A stretch of DNA of 64,000 nucleotides, taken from the NCBI RefSeq assembly GCF_004010195.1, contig NC_057731.1:43480219-43544218 (forward strand), in the 5' to 3' direction. Below, piece by piece: positions 24,280 through 35,560 of the stretch. The position numbers and the translations under genes were made by a program. The notes below the pieces were generated by a model, which ran no database searches, was not told where the DNA came from, and saw only the letters and a list, made by a program, of their open reading frames with translations. Source of the DNA: Chiloscyllium plagiosum. Lineage: Eukaryota. Positions within the stretch are counted from its first letter, which is position 1; every line of letters starts with the position of its first letter.

Positions 24280-25968
24280 TTAGCTGGGCTCCGCTGCGGC
24301 ATTGTGTCGTGCTCTAATTCCATCCTGGCTGGGATTTTTCAGACTGTATTCCTGAATTAGGACCGCCGTGTTCCTCAGCATCTCGGTCCAGGTCCAACGC
24401 GCCTTGCGGTAGGAGGCGCGGTGCGTTACAAAACTACGGAACAGGTTGAGGGGCTCAGCGGAGCGGAAGGCCTCTGGGATGTCCAAGTCGGGGAGGATGG
24501 CCACGTTGCCAATCATGAAATGGTTCAGGCGTTTCTCCAGCAGAGCCTTGTCCAGGTACCGCAGCAAGTCCCTGAGCCGGGGCTGAAGGCACGAGTGGTG
24601 CCACGCTCCTGGGGCTTGGCTGTTCATCAGGTGCAGGAGGGCAGTTTTGAAGTGGTACTGGCTGAGACCGCTGGCCCCAGTCAGATTGCACTGTTTCTCG
24701 TGGAGAAACGAGACTATTTGCAGACACATCAGGTGGCAAGAACTTTCTGGAAGCTTCTTCGCCATCATCTTGAGGAAACGCTTCTCGTAGACAGCGAATG
24801 TAAAGGGCCAAGCTATGTCGTTGGAATGGACGGTGCCAAAGGGCACATCACTGCCCATTAGGGGCATAAAGTAAACATCAGAGTTTTCAAACTCCACCAC
24901 CGGGAGCAGGCTGAAATGCACGGTTTTCCCCGAGCGAAATCTTATCCTCAGTGCTCCAGGCCTCTCCAGATCCCGAAAGGAAAGATCAAAGTCGTACTTG
25001 TGTGAGATCTTAGCCCAGGCTTTGGTCAGGGCCCTCTGGAACCACTGGGTGACCTGCGTCTTGCCCATGTAGGGAGCAGTAGCAGCCCACAACAGCTTGT
25101 CTTTCTGAGTGGAGCCTGGCAGAGCGGCCTCCAGGGCGTTCTCACCATGCACCAGGCACAGCATGTCCTCCCCCAGCTGCGTCCGGCCACAGACACAGCT
25201 GCACGGGTCCTCTCCAGGATTGATGACACAGACCATCCCAGAGCCAAACTCCCCAGAGACCCTGCCCCCTGAAGCCATCCCAAACCCCCCTCCAGAGCAC
25301 ATTACCTCCGCTCGGAACCGGTAAGGATCTGGGGGAGTGAAGGGTACAATCAGGTCACACACCAAGGGTCTCCTGACCCTCCAGTTCTCATACAGACTCC
25401 CGATGCCAATGCATTCCTCCACCTCCATGTCCAGGTCCCGGTTACACACACTCCTCAAGGCCTCCAACAAATCATCTGCACACCCCTCCACCAGCTCCTT
25501 GATCCTGGACAACTCGGCACCGGGAACGCGGACACACTTGTCGTAGAAGCGGACCAGAGCCCGATGGTCTGGGAGGGCAGCACACCACCACGCCTCCCCG
25601 ATGGCACCAGAGTCTTCGTCCTCATCCGCCACTTCCTGCAGACACCGCGGCTCTGTGTCCTGTCTCCAGACCTCCAAAAAAAGGAATGCAGCCACAGAGA
25701 GAGCACTCCACAGGCTCCAGCCGTACTCCTGCCCCTTCCCTGGCTCCCCTCTGGACTCCAATCCCAACTCCCCTGGAGGCGACTCTGCCAATTCCTTCTC
25801 CAGCCTCTGCATCTCGGCTTGAAGATGTTCCTCACGCTCCTTCATCCGCCTCAGGCTCTCCAGCTCCCGCTGCTGCTCTCCGTTCCACCTGGCCTCCTGG
25901 AAGGTGAATGGCTGATTGATCACCGTGACTGCCATGACCAGGCACACGGCTAGGATCCCAACCGGCAT
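24280..25968 (-). CDS. ITPRIP: Inositol 1,4,5-trisphosphate receptor-interacting protein (Mab-21/cGAS-like fold), 562 aa, single coding exon
   Basis: Signal-like N-terminus MPVGILAVCLVM, coiled coil, TM segment WSLWSALSVAAFLFLEVWRQD, DDLLEALRSVCNRD, PFTPPDPYRF, HFKTALLHL, AEPLNLF. GCCATG start with a splice acceptor 12 nt upstream; synteny with GSTO. Confidence 0.96.
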   Translation of the reverse strand: MPVGILAVCLVMAVTVINQPFTFQEARWNGEQQRELESLRRMKEREEHLQAEMQRLEKELAESPPGELGLESRGEPGKGQEYGWSLWSALSVAAFLFLEVWRQDTEPRCLQEVADEDEDSGAIGEAWWCAALPDHRALVRFYDKCVRVPGAELSRIKELVEGCADDLLEALRSVCNRDLDMEVEECIGIGSLYENWRVRRPLVCDLIVPFTPPDPYRFRAEVMCSGGGFGMASGGRVSGEFGSGMVCVINPGEDPCSCVCGRTQLGEDMLCLVHGENALEAALPGSTQKDKLLWAATAPYMGKTQVTQWFQRALTKAWAKISHKYDFDLSFRDLERPGALRIRFRSGKTVHFSLLPVVEFENSDVYFMPLMGSDVPFGTVHSNDIAWPFTFAVYEKRFLKMMAKKLPESSCHLMCLQIVSFLHEKQCNLTGASGLSQYHFKTALLHLMNSQAPGAWHHSCLQPRLRDLLRYLDKALLEKRLNHFMIGNVAILPDLDIPEAFRSAEPLNLFRSFVTHRASYRKARWTWTEMLRNTAVLIQEYSLKNPSQDGIRARHNAAAEPS

Positions 25969-26124
25969 GGCCACCCAACTCTGCACTGGGAACGAGAGAG
26001 AGAAATCACCATGAGAATCCACTGGGAAAAACAAGGGGCATGGAAACATGGAAAAGGAACATCCGGAACCCATCCTGGACGAAACAAGGGGTTAGACACA
26101 GGGGCAAACGTAGGGGAAAACAGA

Positions 26125-26830
26125 GGCGAGAGTGTGGTGCTGGAAAAGCACAGCCACTCAGGCAGCATCTGAGGAGCAGGAGAATTGACATTTTGGGCAT
26201 AAGCCCTTTATCAGGAATGGGGCTTGTGGGTCGGAGCGCTGAGAGATAAATGGGAGGGGGGGTGGGGCTGGGGGTGAAAGTAGCTGAGTGTGATAAGTAG
26301 ATGGAGGTGGGGGAAAAGGTGATAGGTCAGAGAGGAGGGTGGGGTGGATCAATGGGAAAGACGATAGACAGGTCAGGAGGGTGGTGCTGAGTTGGAGGCT
26401 TGGGACTGGAATAAGGTAGGAGAGGTGAAATGAGGAAACTGGTGAAATCTACATTAATCTCGTGCGGTTGCATGGCCCCAAGGCAGGAGATGAGGCATTC
26501 TACCTCCAGGCGTCAAGTGGTTAGAGTTCACCAATGGAGGAGGCCCAGGACCTGCATGTCCTTGACGGAGTGGGAGGGGGAGTTGGTGTTCAGCCACGGG
26601 GCAGTGGAGTTGGTGGGTGCGGGTGTCCCAGATATTCTCTGAAATGATCCGCAAGTTGCCGTCCTGTCTCCCCAATCTAGAGGAGACTACATGGAGTGCA
26701 ATGGATACAGTAGATGACATTTTGGAAGTACAGGTAAATTTCTATTGGATGAGGAAGGATCCTTTAGGGCCTTGGACGGAGGTGGGGAGGGGGGGAGGTG
26801 TGGCCGCAGGTTTTGCACTTCTTGCGGTGA
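26125..26830 (-). mobile_element. Penelope-like element (GIY-YIG remnant + 3' tail with a mutated hammerhead core)
   Basis: Decayed NVIYCIHC..C.LL.IGETGRQL motif; tail TTCCTGATAAAGGGCTTATGCCCAAAATGTC. Confidence 0.8.
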
Positions 26831-26984
26831 ATCTTCAGTAGGAGGTAGAATCGAGTGGTACGGGGTTCACGGGCAATGGGCTGTGGCTGGGAGATCCCTA
26901 GAGGTGATGAGGTTGTGAATCTTCGGCAGGAGGTAGAATCAAGCAGTGCAGGGATAACAAGAGGACCAAACAATAAATCAGACA

Positions 26985-27330
26985 CAGGACAAACACAAGG
27001 GGAAACACAGGACCAAACACTGGACCAAACATAGTGGAAAACAAAGGACCAAACGCAGAGCCATACATAGGGGAAAACAGAGGACCATACATGGGGTAAA
27101 GCACAGGACCATGCATGGGGGAAAGCACAAGACCGTACATGGAGGAAAGCACAGGACCATACATGGGGGAAAGCACAGGACCATACATGGGGGAAAACAC
27201 AGGACCATACATGGGGGAAAACACAGGACCATACATGGGGGAAAACACAGGACCATACGTGGGGGAAAGCACAGGACCATACAAAGGGGAAAACATGAGA
27301 TCAGTTACAAGGAAAGACACAGGACCAAAC
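26985..27330. repeat. 24-bp minisatellite ACAGGACCATACATGGGGGAAAAC
   Basis: About 12-14 copies; produces 8-aa periodic ORFs. Confidence 0.95.
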
Positions 27331-28494
27331 CGAAAGGGTGCATTTATTTATAATCCTTCTACATTCTGGAATGATATAGCACAGAGGAAGCCAATTGTGT
27401 CAGTAGTGTCTCTTTGAAAACAATCTGTCCAATTTGTTCCACATCACCATCCCTTCCCCAACTCCCTGTCCTTATGCCATAGCCCTAAATAGTCTCCCAT
27501 CAACTATTTTCAATTCCATGGATAATGAATTTGAATGTTGAATGCGTGACAGTGTGCAGCTCAAGCAGTCTCAGGACACAGGGTGGAGGGAGAGTGGGAT
27601 CAATGGATGATCATGGGGGAATGGATGTGGGGCTGAGGATCAATGGAGGAAAGTGCCATTGAGCTTTAGGATTGAGCTTTAGAGGGAGGGATACGTCAGC
27701 TAGATAGCAGGTGACAGATTATTTTGACCCATGGTACCTGCAGCAAGTCCATTAAGTCAAAAGTTATCTGCTCTGATTCTGAATATACACATATGAGTCA
27801 GTAGAAGTAGGCCATTCAACCCCTCTACTTCGCTTTGCCATTCAATAAAATCATGAATGATGTGATTTCCACCCGCGCCCAATAATCTTTGACTCCATCA
27901 AGAATTAGTCAAGAATTTATCACTCATTGCCATAAAGGTGTTCAATGATCCTGCCTCCACTGCTCTCTGACTCATAACACCCTGAGAGAAATAAAAATTT
28001 TCCTCATCGTCCTCTAAAAGGGAGACCTCTTATTTTTTAAACTGTGCTCCCTAGTTCCAGTCTCTCCCACACAGGGATACAACCTCCCAGCATCATCCCT
28101 GCCAGGTCCCTTCACGGTGTTACATGATACAATAAAGATCAACTCTCGTCTTTCCAAATTCCAAATGTAACTCGCCCAGTGTGTCCAACATTTCCTGATA
28201 GAAGAACCTTACCCCTCATAGTTCTTTTATGAACCGTCTACACCACTTCTATCCCTTCTTAATTAAGACCACCAAAACTGTACACAATACTGCAGATGTT
28301 GTCTCACCAATGCCCTGTATTAGCTCAGTTGGCTAGATGGCTATATTGCAATGCAGAGTGATGCCAACAGCATGGGGACCATTTCCACAACCGGCTGAGG
28401 TTACCATGAAAACCTGTCCTTCTCAACCACTCTCCTCACCTGAGGTGTAATGATCCTCCAATCAAACTCCCATCAGTTTTCTCTCACAAATGCA

Positions 28495-29018
28495 CCAACA
28501 CACAAAAACAGCAGCTAATGGACTTAAAAGGCCGTATTACAGCCAACAAGCAAAACCAACGTCATCTACAAAATACCTTGCAAGAACTGTAACAAACACT
28601 ACATTGGACAAACAGGCAGAAAACTAGCCACCAGGATACATAAACACCAACTAGCCGCAAAAAGACATGACCCTCTCTCACTGGTATCCTTACATACAGA
28701 TGAGGAAGGACACCACTTCGACTGGGACAACACATCCATCCTAAGACAAGCCAAACAGAGGCATGCACAAGAATTCCTGGAAGCATGGCATTCCAACTGG
28801 AACTCTATCAACAAGAACATCGATTTGGATCCCATCTGTCACCCACTAAGTAAAAGAACAGGACATGACATCACCAACCCAAGGACCCCCCAAACACATA
28901 AATAGAAAGCAGGCCATAACGCCAGTGCTTCACCAGAGGCTCACTGATGATGTTACATAGTTTGATGACGAAATGTCTGAAAACAAACCTTCCAGCTCAG
29001 CGAGCTAACTTACATCCA
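28495..29018 (+). mobile_element. Penelope-like element 3' part (GIY-YIG)
   Basis: TNVIYKIPCKNCNKHYIGQTGRKLATRI; decayed hammerhead motif at 28944-28977. Confidence 0.9.
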
Positions 29019-29069
29019 GTTTTTTTCTCTCTCTCTCTCTTGATTGAGACAGCAGCCCTAAGGTCTAGT

Positions 29070-30470
29070 AGGACCATAAGACCATAAGACATAGGAGCTG
29101 AATTAGGCCATTCAGCCCATTGAGTCTGCTCTGCCATTCAATCATGGCTGATATGTTTCTCAAACCCATTTTCCTGCCTTCTCCCATAACCCTTGATACC
29201 CTTACTAATCAAGAACCTATCTATCTCTGTCTTAAATACACTCGCTACCTTGGCCTCCACAGCTTTCTGCGGCAATGAGTTCCAGAGTCACCATCCTCTG
29301 GCTGAAGAAATTCCTTCTCATTTCATTTCTAAAGGATCATGCCTTCACTCTGAGGCTATGTCCTCGGGTCCTAGCCTCTCCAACCAGTGGAAACACCTTC
29401 TCCAAGTCCACTCTTTCCAGGCCTCTCGGTTTCAATCAAATCCCCCTTCATCTTCCTGAACTCTACTGAGTATAGACTCAGAGTCCTCAACCGCTCCTCA
29501 TAAGACCAGCCCTTTGTCCCTTGGCTCATTTCTGTAAACCTCTTCTGGATCCTGTTCAATATCAGCACATTCTTCTTGAGGTAGGGGGCCCAAAACTGCC
29601 CACAATATTCTAAATGTGGTCTGACCAGAGCCTTGCATAGCCTCAGCAGCACATCTCTGTTCTTAGATCATAGATCATAGAATCCCTACAGTGAAGAAAC
29701 AAGCTATTTGGTCAAACTAGTCCACACATAACCTCCGAAGAGTAACCCACCCAGACCCATTCCCCTGGGCGATTTCTTGACATCTACCCCTGACTAATGC
29801 ACCTAACCTACACATCCCTGAACACTATGGGCAATTTAGCATGGCCAATTCACCTGACTTGCACATCTTTGGACTGTGGGAGGAAACCCGAGCACCCAGA
29901 GGAAACCCACACAGACATGGGGAGTGTGTGCAAACTCCACACAGCCCGAAGCTGGAAGCGAACCAAGATCCCAACACATCCTCTTGAAATGAATGCCAAC
30001 CTTGCATTTGCCTTCCTAACAGCCAACTGAACCTAAATGGTAATCTTAAGAGAATCCTAACTAAGGCTCACGAGTTCCTTTGTGCTTCAGATTCTCAAAG
30101 CCACTTCCTCTTTAGAAAGTAGTCTATGCCTCTATTCTTCCTACATCAGTGCATAAATTCACACTTTTCCACATGGTATTCCACCTCCCACTTCCCTGCC
30201 ACTCTCCTAGTATGTCCAAGTCCTTCTCCAGCCTCTCCGCTTCCTCAACACTACTTGTCCCTTCACCTATCTTTGTCTCATCTGCAGCATTAGTAACAAT
30301 GCCCTCAGTTCCTTCATCCAGATCATTAATGTGTAATGTAAGTAGCTGTGGTCGAAACATGGACCCCCGCAGAACTCCACTAGTCACTGGCTGCCATCCT
30401 GAAAAAGGCCCTTTTATCCCCACTCTCTACCTTCTGTAGCAGGCCAATCCACTATCCATGCCAGTACCTT
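29070..30470 (-). mobile_element. CR1 ORF2 fragment with a nested tRNA-SINE (~29665-29950)
   Basis: LVRPHLEYCGQFWAP; SGWQPVTSGV...INDLDEG...ADETK RT motifs. Confidence 0.88.
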
Positions 30471-30621
30471 GCTAACCTTTACATAAAGCTGTAGTAAAGC
30501 ATTCCTACTTTCATTTTCTATTCCCCTTACAATAAACAATAACAGTCCATTTACTTTCCTAATTACTTGCTGTACCTGCATTATATCTTATGGTAGCTCA
30601 TTCCCAGGACACCCAAATCCC

Positions 30622-31185
30622 AAGTGCAGCACTCCCTTGGTATTGACGCTCCAATAGTGCAACACTCCCTCAGTACTAATCCTCTAATCGTGTGGCTCAT
30701 CCTCAGCACAGACCCTGCAACATTGCAGCATTCTGTCAGTACTGGCCTTCTGATAATGCAGCACTCCATCAGTACTGACACACTGACTGTGCAGTGCTCC
30801 CTCAGTACTGACCCTCTGACAGTGCGGCATTCCCTCAGTACTGATCCTTCAACAATGCAGCATTCCCTCAGTACTGACCCTCTGACAGTGTAGCACTTCC
30901 TCAGTACTAACCCTCCGATAGTGCAGCACTCCCTCAGTCCTGACCCTGTGACAGTGTTGCACTCCCTCAGTACTGACCCTCTGACAGTGCGGCACTCCCT
31001 CAGTACTGACCCTCTGACAGTACGGCACTCCCTCAGTACTGACCCTCTGACAGTACGGCACTCCCTCAGTACTGACCCTCCGATAGTGCAGGGTTCCCTC
31101 AGTACTGACCTTCTGACAGTGCAGGGCTCCCTCAGTACTGACACTCCGACAGTGCAGGGCTCCCTCAGTACTGACACTCCACTAA
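30622..31185. repeat. 33-bp minisatellite, same unit as 22900-23390
   Basis: About 16-17 copies; central copies near-identical. Confidence 0.95.
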
Positions 31186-31719
31186 TGTCACAGACTATAA
31201 GAGAGGTAGAGTTTGGAAGTGGATTAATTAAAGCAGCAGTATTTCATTAACAGCTGCTGCTAATAATAATACTGGGTTTTTCAATACTTTCCTGGTGGTT
31301 TTGTTCTGATCGCAGTGACAGGGGTTGTTTGAAAGGAAGTTTTCTGTTTTTACGTCCAGAGGTCACTGCAATGGGTGACTGAGCTGATGCCTCCAGTGAA
31401 GTGGTTACCCTCAGAACTGGCTGTGGGCGGTGGAAGGGGGAGGGTGGTGGCAGTGGTGGTGGTAAGGGGGAGGGCTTTTTGCCGACTATGGGGTCTTTGA
31501 TTCAAAAACTCACTCCCTTCTCTGGTATTTCACCTCCACCCCATTCCAAACCTGGGTCTGATTGTGTATCAGTCATCTCTGTTCCTGAAATCAAGACCTT
31601 GAGCTGGAATTGAGGCTCTCTTTGAGGTCAACACTGTACTTAGCATTGATGGTGCTAATAGATCTGAAGATACCTCACAGGAAGAACTCCAAACATAGTT
31701 CGATGTCAAGGTCACACAA

Positions 31720-32370
31720 AAAACTGTTTTGATTAGTGACTAAAAGTTTAATCAAATCATTTGTTTGAAGTTGAACTGGATCAGCCATATAAGTACAATG
31801 GACAAAAGCACAGGCTGGCAATCCTGCAGTGAGTAACTCACCTCTTGATTTCCTGTCCACCATCAAGAACGCACAGGTCAGACGTGTGAAACAATACTCC
31901 CTTCTTGAGTGGGTAAGTGCAGTTCCAACAACATTCAAGAAAAGCCCCATACTACCCAGGACAAAGCAGCTTCTTCAGTGCCCCCCCATCTAACACCTTC
32001 AACTTTATTCCCTTCAATAATAGCAAACAGCAGCAGCATTCTATACAATCTACCAGATGCAATGCAACGACTCACAGTTTGACTGCTCTTCCCAAACCTG
32101 CAACCTCTACCATCTAGAAAGATAAGGGCAGTAGACACATGGGAACACCAACACCAGCAGGTTCCCCTCCAAGCAACTCACCAACCTGACTTGGAAATAT
32201 ATCGCTGTTCCTTCAGTGTCACTGGGTCAAAATCCTGGAACTCCCTTTCTAAGGGCATTGTGGGGCCACAAGGACTGCAGTAGTTTGTGGAAGCACTGCC
32301 TTCTCAAGGGCAATTAGGGATGAGCTATAAACACTGGCCTAGCAAGCAACACCCACAGCCCGGGAGTGAA
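31720..32370 (+). mobile_element. Non-LTR retrotransposon 3' fragment from a second, older LINE family
   Basis: Shares the tail TGGAAATATATCRCTGTTCCTTCA.TGTCACTGGGTCAAAATC with the copy at ~36340-36680 (-); part of it also matches ~1995. Confidence 0.65.
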
Positions 32371-33219
32371 TCAAAAGTTCCTAAGAATTTGCCACACTGG
32401 GGAAGGGGTGTGTTCCTCACCTCGTGTCTGGGTCTGACTCATTGAAAGAGGCCGATCATTGTGACTGGTGAATAACGTCATTATCAGTGTCTCCTGTAAC
32501 AGTAAATGGTAAGTGACAAGGTACCCTGTCTAACCGTTACTGTCTTCCAGTCTGTGAACAGCTCCACCTGGAATGCACCCACGTCAGACTGGACTGCTGA
32601 AGATAATTGTTCCTCTGCGTTACAGAAAGGACAGTCACTGTTAACTTGATCATGGTGACAGAGTGCTCAGAGGCATCCTTACTCACATCAGTGCTTTAGA
32701 TCTCTCCTTCTCTTCATGTAACATGCTCTGGGAGTGCATTAGCGATCACAGACTCCATTTTGATTTATGTTGGCCCATGATTATGTTTGGTAAAGTGATT
32801 TACCATTACCTTCAGCCAGATGGTATCTCTCCATCTGCTAATGCCTGCCAGGAGCTGGTCTGCCTTGCCATGTTATGAACACAACTTCCTCGACTGTCAA
32901 TCATGAAGTGGGACTCGATCCCAGACATTTGTGGTTCAAAGGCACGGACACTACCCCCTGAATCACAAGACCTTGCACCTTAGCTACATCAGCACAAAGC
33001 TGGAGGAGGACTGTGGGGGCTGTGGGGCAATTACACACTTTCCACCCCAGGATCTGTATTCACAGTAAGTACAGAGAAGACAATTCCTTTCACAAGGGGA
33101 AATGTGTCTCCGTCTCCCTCTTCAATATTGGGAGGTGGCTGAGCTATACAGCTGCAGGCCCCAAACAAAGCTCTGATATATCGATATGACTTGTCATCAA
33201 GCTGAGACAGTGAGGGTAG

Positions 33220-33415
33220 TCATGATTTGGAGATGCCGGTGTTGGACTGGGGTGTACAAAGTTAAAAATCACACAACACCAGGTTATAGTTTAACAGGTT
33301 TATTTGGAAGCACTAGCTTTCAGAGTGCTGCTCCTTCATCAGGTAGTTGTGGACACCTGATTGTGGACCAAGCATAATCACCTGAACTATAACCTGGTGT
33401 TGTGTGATTTTTAAC
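33220..33415 (-). mobile_element. Penelope-derived short element with inverted arms and an AGCT-type hammerhead (33314-33342)
   Basis: Inverted GTTAAAAATCACACAACACCAGGTTATAGT arms; near-perfect flanking repeat ACAGTGARGGTA. Confidence 0.8.
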
Positions 33416-33768
33416 AGTGAAGGTAAGCTGTGAGAATCCCTTACTGTTCCAGTCCTTGCAGCTCCACAACAGCCAACCCTCTGAAATGAGCCAGTCATTT
33501 CAGAACTGGTGAAGGAGAGACTAAAGGCAGGAACTGGGGAGAGAGAGGCAGCAAAGCATAACAAAGGTCATCAGGTGGAACAGGCCAGAGTAGAAAAATA
33601 GAAATGCAACATGCAGTTGTCAACTTCCAATAGAGTGAGTTCATGACTCTGAGGAGCTATGACTTGGAAGAATTGATACGGACAGACCAAAGAGAAAGAA
33701 ATAGAAAGGGAGACAAACAAAAGAAGATAAAAGTATTAGTGTAGGAATATGCACAATGCTGTCAACAA

Positions 33769-34103
33769 GGGGTGGCACGGTGGCTCAGTGGATGGCACTA
33801 CTGCCTCACAGCACCAGGGACCTGGGTTCGATTCAAGCCTTGGGCGACTGTCTGTATGGAATTTGCATATTCTCCCCGTGTCTGTGTGGATTTTCTCCGG
33901 GTACTCCGGCTTCCTTCCACAGTCCAAAGACGTGCAGGTCAGGTGAATTGGCCATGCTAAATTACCCATAGTGTTCAGAGCTGTGTTGGTTAGGTGCACT
34001 AGTCAGGGTTAAATGTAGAGGAATGGGTTTGGGTGGGATACCTTCAGAGGGTTAACATGGCCTTGTTGGGCCGAAGGGCCTATTTCCACACTGTAGGCAT
34101 TCT
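33769..34103 (+). mobile_element. Full-length tRNA-derived SINE (HE1/V-SINE-like)
   Basis: A/B boxes, V-domain and CR1-like tail. Confidence 0.88.
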
Positions 34104-35442
34104 ATGAGAGCCCACATGGGACTAAACCAAACATTTTTGCATTTTGTCTTAATATCCAAAACCCATGTCCCTATCATCATTAAGATCACCCTATCTCCAA
34201 TTTCAGAAAATCACCTGACTTTACATCATCAGCTGCTGAAACCTCTATTCACATCTTTATTACCTCTAGACTTGACAATTCTAACCCTCTAACATTCTAC
34301 CTTTGTATCTAACATTCTGCCTTTGTAAAGTTGAGGTCGTCTGAAACTCTGCTGGGTTTTAACTGACACCAAGTGGGAAGCAGTTTGTGTGTTAGCTGTG
34401 GCTGGGCCCCAGCATCTTATCTTGGACTCTGAGGAAGGTGAGTTCAAAGTCCACTTTCAATGTTGATGGTTTCTTCAGACCCTTGAAGATGCTTCTTAAA
34501 ATCAACCTCTACAACCAAACCTTCACAAACCTGTTCTTAGACCCTCTCCTCTCCTGATTCTGCCTGTTTGTTCTTCCATTGAACTTCCTTGGAATGTAGA
34601 TAGGACAGGTGCTATATATACGAAGAAGCGCAGACTAAGCGGGATCTCCAAGGGACTCCCAGAGAAGGCCATTAGGAGGCAGGAAAAATAGGTGTTTCTG
34701 GAGAGGATAAGGATTGAAGATTATGGGGAGAAAGTGAATAGTGTTGAGGGATATGGTGTTTTGAATTGCACAATAATAATACACAATCTTTTAAGTTCCT
34801 ACTTGATACTCATCTCCTCCAAGTCAGAGACTGTGTGTCGGACTGGGTTAATGAGATTACAGTAATTCCAGATCATGCAAAGTTAAATGAGGAAGAATTT
34901 ATACCCAAGCAACCACTGTATTAATATAGAGCTTTTACCACAGTAAAATATACCGGGTTGCTATCTTAATGCAAACTGGTTTGTCGCAGACGCCATTACT
35001 CTGACTAACTCTGTCTTAGACACACACTCAGACACATGCTCTCCCACTCTCACCCACTCTCTTATTCATTCACTCAGTGCCCCCCCCCCACACCAATTTT
35101 CTACGCGATCTAAGCGAGTTTCTATTCCTCGTAAATTCCGTTTCACTAGGACCTGTCCTTTAAATTCTCCTTTTAAAAACCGTACTTTTAAACAAAGCAT
35201 AAACCAGGACCAGCTTAAAATCAGCCCCTTTCTGAGTGCGGACTGTCTTAACTCTTCCCTTTCCCTTGCCCACACCGAGCATCTTGGCTAACGGGCCGAC
35301 AGAGAGACTGGGTAAGTCTTAAACTCCCATCATCGCCAGAGTTTCAAGCTGCCAACCCGGGTGTGAGAAAGAACAGGAGCCTGGACACAGAGCTAGTCAG
35401 AGGGTACAGCTTCCAGTTAGAGCCTGACTCAGAGCCACTCAC

Positions 35443-35560
35443 CTCCGGGCTGTAGCCGAGCTCCCTGGGACCAGACAGCGAGGGGTTGGGGAAGGGGACA
35501 GAGAGTGCGCCAGGTTTGCTGTTAGTCGAGTTCCTTCCTCTTTCTCCGCTCGCAGCCGGT
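35443..35560 (-). promoter_or_regulatory. ITPRIP: Probable ITPRIP non-coding first exon and promoter (5' end approximate)
   Basis: Consensus donor GAG|GTGAGT at 35443/35442 within a locally CpG-rich, repeat-free stretch; the CDS exon needs an upstream UTR exon. Confidence 0.55.

Noticed and set aside
24421-25953. Multiple ORFs overlapping ITPRIP in other frames or strands
   Set aside because: Shadow ORFs of a GC-rich coding exon
25969-26073. 35-aa N-terminal extension of ITPRIP in the ORF track
   Set aside because: Covers the polypyrimidine tract and acceptor; homology and Kozak context favour the ATG at 25968
30622-31185. Regular arrays (33, 24, 42 and ~30 bp) as possible CRISPR arrays
   Set aside because: Head-to-tail units with no unique spacers, no cas genes, vertebrate context
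33769-33845. tRNA-like A/B boxes as tRNA genes
   Set aside because: They are SINE heads followed by a V-domain and LINE-like tail; no complete cloverleaf
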